IMG/VR virus record: IMGVR_UViG_3300033149_004104
Span: 62,001 to 126,000 of that record
Source of the DNA: an uncultured virus (IMG/VR IMGVR_UViG_3300033149_004104)
Lineage: Duplodnaviria; Heunggongvirae; Uroviricota; Caudoviricetes
Length of the DNA: 64,000 nt
Direction: 5' to 3' (one strand)
The notes under the pieces were generated by a model. It made no database searches and was not told where the DNA came from. It saw only the letters and a list, made by a program, of their open reading frames with translations. The position numbers were made by a program, and so were the translations under genes. Positions 57,523 through 64,000 of the stretch are shown piece after piece; the stretch's first letter is position 1; each line of letters opens with the position of its first letter.

Positions 57523-58488
57523 TTATCTCCTTCTCATTTTGGGCGGATTAAATAGAATTTTTGCAGGATCCTTTTCTTTTTCTGCATCCTCTCTACATAT
57601 ATAAATATACATTTTTTTATCTATTTCTTTAATGTCAAATCCCAGAATTTTATAAATTATTTCAAGCGCTTTCGGATTAAATTTGCCTGGTATAATGTAT
57701 TGATCAATTTCTTCTTCCTTTATTGGAAAGAAAGATATAAGCTGGTGATTAAGATTAAGTCTGTTTTTATTTTTTCTAAACTCATTTTTAACTTTATCGC
57801 TTATGTAATCTATAATATCCAAATTCTCTAGTATTTCATACACATCTTTATATTCACTACATAACCTCTCAACTATTTTAGTCTGTATTCTCGGCACACC
57901 AACAGGAATTTCATCACTTGCGTCACCTTTTATCACTTTGTATAAAGTTACAGAATCTACAGTGGGTTTAAAGTTATATTTATTAATAAAAGCACATAAA
58001 TCAATAATTTGCTTATTTCTATATAGGTGTGTATTTTCACTAATACAGCGAGCCCAATCTAGATCTTCAGATATAAGCAAGTTTTTACTTTCTTTTGAAA
58101 TATTTTTTAATATATAAGGAACAATATCATCGGCCTCATATCCTGTACCATAAACTATTACATATTGTTCGCTTTTATTAAGAAGAATAAGTCGTAAATA
58201 GTCCATTCCCTTGTAGAAATGTTTAGGCCTTCTAAATCGAATCATTTTATAACCGGGATCAATCATTTCTTGTCGTAAATTATACTTAGAATCATGGTTA
58301 TCAAATAAAAACCAAAATTTTGTATTCTTTTTAGCGAAATTCCTCTCCCATTTCAATACGGAATTTAAAAATCCCCATATCCCCCCTGTTATTATAGTGC
58401 GCCCCTTTACTCGATGGGTCATATTTTTAAATATAGAATAATTTCGAGTATACCAAAGATTTGAATCTACTAAAATATTATCATACAT
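57523..58488 (-). CDS. 5'-3' exonuclease / flap endonuclease
   Basis: LVDSN, FD, YK..R, YEADD, SEDLD, GDASDEIP.GVPRI. Confidence 0.85.
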   Translation of the reverse strand: MYDNILVDSNLWYTRNYSIFKNMTHRVKGRTIITGGIWGFLNSVLKWERNFAKKNTKFWFLFDNHDSKYNLRQEMIDPGYKMIRFRRPKHFYKGMDYLRLILLNKSEQYVIVYGTGYEADDIVPYILKNISKESKNLLISEDLDWARCISENTHLYRNKQIIDLCAFINKYNFKPTVDSVTLYKVIKGDASDEIPVGVPRIQTKIVERLCSEYKDVYEILENLDIIDYISDKVKNEFRKNKNRLNLNHQLISFFPIKEEEIDQYIIPGKFNPKALEIIYKILGFDIKEIDKKMYIYICREDAEKEKDPAKILFNPPKMRRR

Positions 58489-58494
58489 ATAGTA

Positions 58495-58890
58495 TCATTC
58501 AGTTAATGTATCCTGTAAATATAATCGAAATATTTCTTTTAACATATTCTTATTTGAACTTATTTGTTGTAAGAAATTATCTAAATTTTTATTATCATTT
58601 ACAATACTTTCAATATCTGTTTCCTTAAAAGCATCATATCTTCTTATTAATTGTTCAAATTTTTCTTCATTTTCTATTTTCTCATTATTCAAGTTAAACG
58701 GAATATATTTATTAATTGCCTCAACAGAGAATATATTTAATTTAATAAGAAAAAGTTTAATAAAAACTATCAACTCTTCGGGACTAACATCCCCCATTAA
58801 ATCCAAGGTACTTGTATAATTATCATCTACATTATTACTATAGTCTTTATAAATGTATTGTATCTTAAGTTCATGTATAATTGCCGACAT
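58495..58890 (-). CDS. Hypothetical protein
   Basis: 131 aa; SD AAGGAG. Confidence 0.55.
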   Translation of the reverse strand: MSAIIHELKIQYIYKDYSNNVDDNYTSTLDLMGDVSPEELIVFIKLFLIKLNIFSVEAINKYIPFNLNNEKIENEEKFEQLIRRYDAFKETDIESIVNDNKNLDNFLQQISSNKNMLKEIFRLYLQDTLTE

Positions 58891-58927
58891 AATTTATTAA
58901 TCTGCTCCTTTTAATACTAATTAATAG

Positions 58928-60304
58928 TTACTCCGTCACCTTACTGTAATCCGGTTGATAGTAAAAGGTAGAAATCTTCCCCCTTTTTTTATGCCATAAG
59001 TGCGCTTGCGCTTCTTTAAGATGACTGTGACCTTCAGCATAAGCCCATGCACTTATAGGAGCAATAGATGGGAGTACAAGTACTCTTACTCCCATTTTTT
59101 CCATTACCGAGTATGCATGAAGGTGCCCAGTATGAATCTCTCTAAACTCAGTTTTACCCCAAAGTTCAGGCACTTCTCTTGCCATAATAAGCGGAATACT
59201 ATCTATTTTTTTCTTTCTCCCGCCACTTTTCGTACCATGATCAAATCCGATAAGACATTTGCCCCATCTATAGTATTTCCGAAGCTTAGGTTCATTATCA
59301 ATTTCTACTTGATTTGTTGTACGATAATGATGCTTTAATGTCTCACCTAGATAATAGGCCCTTTGTACATCATGATTTCCGGGAATAATAGGAACAATAA
59401 CGTTGGCAATTGTTAAAAGCATATCGATTCCTCGTATTGCCATTTCCACTCCATAAGTGAAGCTCTTTTGATATCTACAGTCTTCATGCTGTACGGTACC
59501 GGAAAACGTTGTGTTTTGAGCATTATCAACATTAAAATAATCGTTGCCTATTGGAAACAAAATTCTCGAAATATCGTATTCCTTACAAACTTTAATAATA
59601 TTATCTACACATTCTATAAATTTTTCTCTCGTAACTTTAATATCATAATTTGCATCGCCCGTTTCTTCTCCCCATGCAAGTAGTCCTAGATGTGTATCAG
59701 GAATAGAAACTTCTAACATAAGATCGTTATTCTTTATGTTTCTCTTAATTTCGGGATATTCAAATTTATAATCTTTAAGAAACTTCTTAATTTTCTTAGC
59801 TGCTGTTTCTATAGACTCCTCTTTTCTTCTTTCAAAAACAGCTTTTATTTTACATTGATAATTTCTATTTACTACCCATTGATTCTTTTTAGTAGATGTG
59901 CCGTTTATAACGCCATCGTTCCATGACAAGTCTTGCTCTTTATATTTTGCTGATACGTCCCAGTAGTTCGTAGTAATTGTATAATTTCTTACTTTCCATA
60001 CCGCCATATCGATTTCAGCATAAGTAATCAAATCTTCTAAAGTTTTAATATCCGGAGATACCGATACAATCGTCTGTTTTTTGTCGCTTACTGTTCTTGT
60101 AATAGTTGTTTTATTTGAATTGTTAAAATCTTTCTTAAACTCTACACGTAATATTCTTGTTATGTTATCATTAAAAGTTTCATAAGTAAAATTACTTAAA
60201 ACCTCCCTTTTACACTGATCTATATTATTTCTTACCCAATCTTCTCCTTTTTCTTTTAAATAAAAACGAATCCACTCTGTAGAGTATTTAAATCTTTTAT
60301 CCAA
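58928..60304 (-). CDS. Calcineurin-like metallophosphoesterase
   Basis: DTHLG, GND, GNHD, HG, GHLH. Confidence 0.85.
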   Translation of the reverse strand: MDKRFKYSTEWIRFYLKEKGEDWVRNNIDQCKREVLSNFTYETFNDNITRILRVEFKKDFNNSNKTTITRTVSDKKQTIVSVSPDIKTLEDLITYAEIDMAVWKVRNYTITTNYWDVSAKYKEQDLSWNDGVINGTSTKKNQWVVNRNYQCKIKAVFERRKEESIETAAKKIKKFLKDYKFEYPEIKRNIKNNDLMLEVSIPDTHLGLLAWGEETGDANYDIKVTREKFIECVDNIIKVCKEYDISRILFPIGNDYFNVDNAQNTTFSGTVQHEDCRYQKSFTYGVEMAIRGIDMLLTIANVIVPIIPGNHDVQRAYYLGETLKHHYRTTNQVEIDNEPKLRKYYRWGKCLIGFDHGTKSGGRKKKIDSIPLIMAREVPELWGKTEFREIHTGHLHAYSVMEKMGVRVLVLPSIAPISAWAYAEGHSHLKEAQAHLWHKKRGKISTFYYQPDYSKVTE

Positions 60305-60605
60305 CCCCTTTTTTTCTCCTTCTTTTTTTAATCTGTTTGTGATGAAAATCTAATTTATGCCCCCTCCTTCTTGATTTCTTAGCCTCTAATCTTCTCTCTT
60401 CTCTATTTTTAATTCCGGGCAGGGTAAGAAACTTTTTTATAATTGTTCGATTATTAACAACATATCTTTTTTGATAAGCGTAATCTTCAAACTTTCTGAC
60501 AACAGAGTATTTTCCTTTTGGAAAAAAATCATTAAGATTTTTTCCTTCTGGAATTTTTTTTACATCTTCTTCAGTATAAAAAAGAACATGACCTATTATT
60601 CTCAT
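60297..60605 (-). CDS. Basic hypothetical protein
   Basis: 102 aa with Arg/Lys-rich C-terminus; SD AGGAG. Confidence 0.6.
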   Translation of the reverse strand: MRIIGHVLFYTEEDVKKIPEGKNLNDFFPKGKYSVVRKFEDYAYQKRYVVNNRTIIKKFLTLPGIKNREERRLEAKKSRRRGHKLDFHHKQIKKRRRKKGVG

Positions 60606-60621
60606 AATTATTTATGCTCTC

Positions 60622-61242
60622 CTACACTTTTTTTGTAATAACGTTATTATATTTATCTACTTCATATCCTTCAGATACGAGCTTCGACTTATTATCAAAA
60701 TATTTCCATCTGTTACGAGGATCAGTTATATCGTTTAAAATTTTTTTAAGAAAATATGTACAAGGAATTTTTAATTTAAATCTTTTTATTTCATTTGTTA
60801 CAAGATTTCTTATTATAAGTTCATCTACTTTCATAATTACTTTTTCTATTCGCCATTTTACTTCCTTTTCTTGAATAATCCCCCCACTTGGTGTAATATC
60901 CTTAAGGGATATATCCCCCCTTGAAACCATACAGTTAAGCTCCTCAGTTGTAAATTTCTGCTCATATTTAACAACTTGAATCATAATTGGATAATGCTCA
61001 TTTATAAGTTTTTGACGTATATCATAAATATTCGATTTCACATCTTTTGTAAAATCAAAATTAAAATCAAATAATTTTTTCTTTTTGTAATCTTTTCCTA
61101 CATAATGATAAAGAGTAACTCCTTTATCCGTTATGATAGGATTATGTAAAAAAAGGGGGGATTTAGAACAAAAATTTTTAAATCTTTTTTCAAATTCATC
61201 TAGAAAAATTCTCACATCAATTTTTTCATCATTTACTATCAT
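60622..61242 (-). CDS. Hypothetical protein
   Basis: 206 aa; SD GAGGT. Confidence 0.6.
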   Translation of the reverse strand: MIVNDEKIDVRIFLDEFEKRFKNFCSKSPLFLHNPIITDKGVTLYHYVGKDYKKKKLFDFNFDFTKDVKSNIYDIRQKLINEHYPIMIQVVKYEQKFTTEELNCMVSRGDISLKDITPSGGIIQEKEVKWRIEKVIMKVDELIIRNLVTNEIKRFKLKIPCTYFLKKILNDITDPRNRWKYFDNKSKLVSEGYEVDKYNNVITKKV

Positions 61243-61268
61243 TTGAGTATTACCTCGTTTCCTATATC

Positions 61269-62348
61269 TTAGTAATCTTTGAACTTGGATAGAGCAACAT
61301 GAATCTCTTTATTAGTCAAGCCTATAATATTATAGGCGTTCTTATCTTTATCAGTAAGATCAATCTGAATTAGAATATCAGAGTCATCAATAACATTGAT
61401 AGCTTCATAAAAGCTCCTTCTAGCGATCCAAAATCCATACCCAATTTGATCTTCATCAATTTTTTCAACGTTTACAACATGTTTAATTCTGGTATAAGCG
61501 TCGTCATCTGACTTTATTAATATGTGTTTTTCATCTATTGCCTCTATGTAAACTCTCTCATTTACCTCATTATAAACGAATTGCCCTACAAATTCGAGGT
61601 TTTCTAAAAAAGAGTCTTTTTTAATATGAATAAATTTATCATGTGTGTATAAATTTATAATATCATCTGAATCTAAATTTTCAGGTATCTTTAATTCTAA
61701 ATATTCAACAAATTGAATTTTTATTTCTTTATTTTCATCGCAAATAAAAAGTTGTTTTTTATCTTTATTAAAATAAATTTGTAATTCTCTGAACGGCAAT
61801 GCTTTTATAACAGAAACAACCGACCTGTTAAAATCTGCATGATAATCTATTTCTTGATCACTATTTAAGACGGCTTCATAAAGACACGTCCCATCCGTAC
61901 TTACAATCTTATTCTTATAAAAACGAACCCCCCCATAATTTCTAGCCGACTCATCACCGGCAAATTCCAAGCCTTTTATCATTTTTTGAATGCCCTCAGA
62001 ACTTAGGCTAAATTTCTTCGCATTATCAAAATCAAAATTTATATAATAAAAAAAATCAGAACCAGAGAACGAGTATAAATTATATTCATTATTTCCCACG
62101 CAAAAAGCTTTATTTTCTTTTACTTTTAACTCCTCAAAAATAGCACAAAGAGCAAGTAATTCCTTACCTGCTACATAGAAGTTATCCACTTTGTCTGGAT
62201 CAACAGTATGCTGAAATTGAACTTCAGCAATAAAATTATCGCTAGTTATTCTAAAAACAGATTCTTTAAAATCGAGATAAACCTGATTTTCATTGGCCAT
62301 TCTAACTAAGTTAGAAAATTTAGAAAATTTCTCTGTAATAATCTTCAA
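61269..62348 (-). CDS. Sliding clamp, DnaN (beta)-like
   Basis: 359 aa, matching beta-clamp size; GGVRF...IVSTDGTCL resembles GV...ATDGHRL; DnaX-like loader in the same window. Confidence 0.65.
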   Translation of the reverse strand: MKIITEKFSKFSNLVRMANENQVYLDFKESVFRITSDNFIAEVQFQHTVDPDKVDNFYVAGKELLALCAIFEELKVKENKAFCVGNNEYNLYSFSGSDFFYYINFDFDNAKKFSLSSEGIQKMIKGLEFAGDESARNYGGVRFYKNKIVSTDGTCLYEAVLNSDQEIDYHADFNRSVVSVIKALPFRELQIYFNKDKKQLFICDENKEIKIQFVEYLELKIPENLDSDDIINLYTHDKFIHIKKDSFLENLEFVGQFVYNEVNERVYIEAIDEKHILIKSDDDAYTRIKHVVNVEKIDEDQIGYGFWIARRSFYEAINVIDDSDILIQIDLTDKDKNAYNIIGLTNKEIHVALSKFKDY

Positions 62349-62427
62349 TTTGCTTCTCCTTAATGCTTAATTTTTTACATGATATAATATATATTAATTT
62401 TAAGAAAATTTTAACTAACATTACACT

Positions 62428-62823
62428 ATGAAGAATTTAACAACAATTCAAGTATTTATAGTGTTTCCAAAAAGAAAAGATAAATGGAAATATTATATTA
62501 ATGACAATCTTAAAGATAGTCATACTCTCCATCGTGATAAAATTCAACAACTCATATTACAATATATAAACTCTAAAGCTGGTAATCAAGTAATAGAGCA
62601 TCTAAACAAATATCATGCTTTCATAGTATATACAAAACAGAATAAAGTATATAGATTACAAGTCGATAAGGAGTCAGCATTTAAACAAATGAAAGAAAAA
62701 TTCAACAGAGAAGCATTTAATGCAGATAAAATTTATAAAAAAATAAAAAAAGAGCAAACAAAAAATGAAGATGATATGTTTATCTCTCAAAATAATGCGC
62801 TATTGAAAAAAATCTTAAAATAA
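62428..62823 (+). CDS. Hypothetical protein
   Basis: 131 aa; preceded by ACTAACA, a variant of the putative late motif. Confidence 0.55.
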   Translation: MKNLTTIQVFIVFPKRKDKWKYYINDNLKDSHTLHRDKIQQLILQYINSKAGNQVIEHLNKYHAFIVYTKQNKVYRLQVDKESAFKQMKEKFNREAFNADKIYKKIKKEQTKNEDDMFISQNNALLKKILK

Positions 62824-63722
62824 TGTATCTTTTAAAAAAAACGCCTATGACCAACTTAAACGAAAAACAAAAAGAATTTCAATATCTTATTAACGACATT
62901 ACTAATGAAAAATCACTTTATTATCTTTTCACAAAGCACACAAAAGAACCGTCGTATAAAACAGAATATAAAATTATTTACAGACTTGTTAATCTGCAGT
63001 ATGACGATCAAATAATTGAAAAGTTTTTTAAAACTTTTATCTGGAAAAATACAAATCTTAAGCAAAACAGAATAAACTCTCTCCGATCGTCTATCCAAAA
63101 AGCCAGAGTCTATTATAATAACCATAAAAGCAAGTTTGACTATGAATATGATATAATTATTGGACAAGTAGACTACTTTACAGCTTTGACAGTTTATGAA
63201 AGAGTAACGCTTAGGGCAATTTTAAGAATTGCAAAAACTATAGGCCGATTCGATAATTTACAACTATCCTTAAGAAGAATAGCTAAAAAATCAGGAATAA
63301 CTCCTCCTGCGGTTAATAATAATATTAAGAAACTTATAAAAAAAGAAATTATAGCAAAAGTAAAAAAAGGTAAAATGAAAGTAGCTACAATTTACACCAT
63401 AAACAAAGATAGGATACTTAAATCTATTTTTTCCAAAGAAAATCTAAAAATAGATAGCGTATCTGTTAAATCTAGCAAAAATAAAACTAATGCGAGAATA
63501 TTCGGCGGGGGGGAGTTGGGCAAAACAGGGTATCTTATCTTAAATATGTTTTTAGACAACCCAAAAAAAGAATTTAGCATCCAGGAAATATCTAAAGCAT
63601 TAGCAATAAGTTTTCCAACCTCTAAAAAGAAAATTGATTTTTTAGAAAGAGAGAAATATTTAAAATCGAGAGAAGTAAAAACTAAAGGGAGACCTAAAAG
63701 AATGTATAGACTAAGAGATTGA
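62823..63722 (+). CDS. DNA-binding protein with two winged-HTH domains (possible replication initiator/regulator)
   Basis: LSLRRIAKKSGITPPAVNNNIKKL and FSIQEISKALAISFPTSKKKIDFL...GRPKRMYRL. Confidence 0.7.
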   Translation: MYLLKKTPMTNLNEKQKEFQYLINDITNEKSLYYLFTKHTKEPSYKTEYKIIYRLVNLQYDDQIIEKFFKTFIWKNTNLKQNRINSLRSSIQKARVYYNNHKSKFDYEYDIIIGQVDYFTALTVYERVTLRAILRIAKTIGRFDNLQLSLRRIAKKSGITPPAVNNNIKKLIKKEIIAKVKKGKMKVATIYTINKDRILKSIFSKENLKIDSVSVKSSKNKTNARIFGGGELGKTGYLILNMFLDNPKKEFSIQEISKALAISFPTSKKKIDFLEREKYLKSREVKTKGRPKRMYRLRD

Positions 63723-63731
63723 AAGGGGGGA

Positions 63732-63813
63732 CTTTTTTAAATAGATTAACAATTCTTATATTAATATATATATATTAATATTAATATATGAATTGTAAAC
63801 CTATTTAAAAAAG
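63732..63813. repeat. ~82 bp AT-rich imperfect inverted repeat
   Basis: CTTTTTTAAATAG..ACAATTC..ATATTAATAT / ATATTAATAT..GAATTGT..CTATTTAAAAAAG. Confidence 0.85.
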
Positions 63814-64000
63814 ATCCTAATATATACTCCTGTTAAATATGATAAAAATATAGAAAATATGCCCGCCAAGTGCCGACTTAAATTTTTTTCTGTTTATGTG
63901 TATATTAGATATGTAAAGTAGAATTTGTGATATTGTATATCACATTTAAAAGATCATCTGAATAGATGATATAAAAAATTATTTATATTTATTTATAGGA

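Noticed and set aside
1..64000. Stop-codon reassignment
   Set aside because: Genes are full length and tightly packed under the standard code, and TAA, TAG and TGA all end genes.

Overview
AT-rich window from a large, apparently lytic contractile-tailed (myovirus-like) phage, read in the standard genetic code. Bases 1-19217 (+) hold baseplate, tail-fibre and lysis-type genes. Bases 19218-62348 (-) hold primase, a DnaX-like clamp loader, rIIA/rIIB and dTMP kinase; a ~12 kb glycan cluster (NeuB, NeuA, five sialyltransferase-like genes, GT2/GT4/GT8, sulfotransferase, methyltransferase, UDP-sugar dehydrogenase); a sigma-like gene; a GC-richer early region; and a replication block (family A polymerase, UDG, SNF2 helicase, 5'-3' exonuclease, beta clamp). 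Bases 62428-64000 (+) hold an HTH protein followed by an ~80 bp AT-rich palindrome. Three features stand out. (1) The early operon starts at a near-consensus sigma70 promoter and is punctuated by repeated mini-tRNA-like RNA elements (acceptor-like stem, D-loop, T-arm, no anticodon arm), most followed by a second hairpin, with compensatory base changes. (2) A naturally split intein interrupts the UDP-sugar dehydrogenase at its catalytic Cys, with the halves in two separately translated genes. (3) A phage-encoded nonulosonic acid glycosylation pathway shares a promoter-like motif with the structural genes. All product calls come from motif recognition by eye; no database search or folding program was run.
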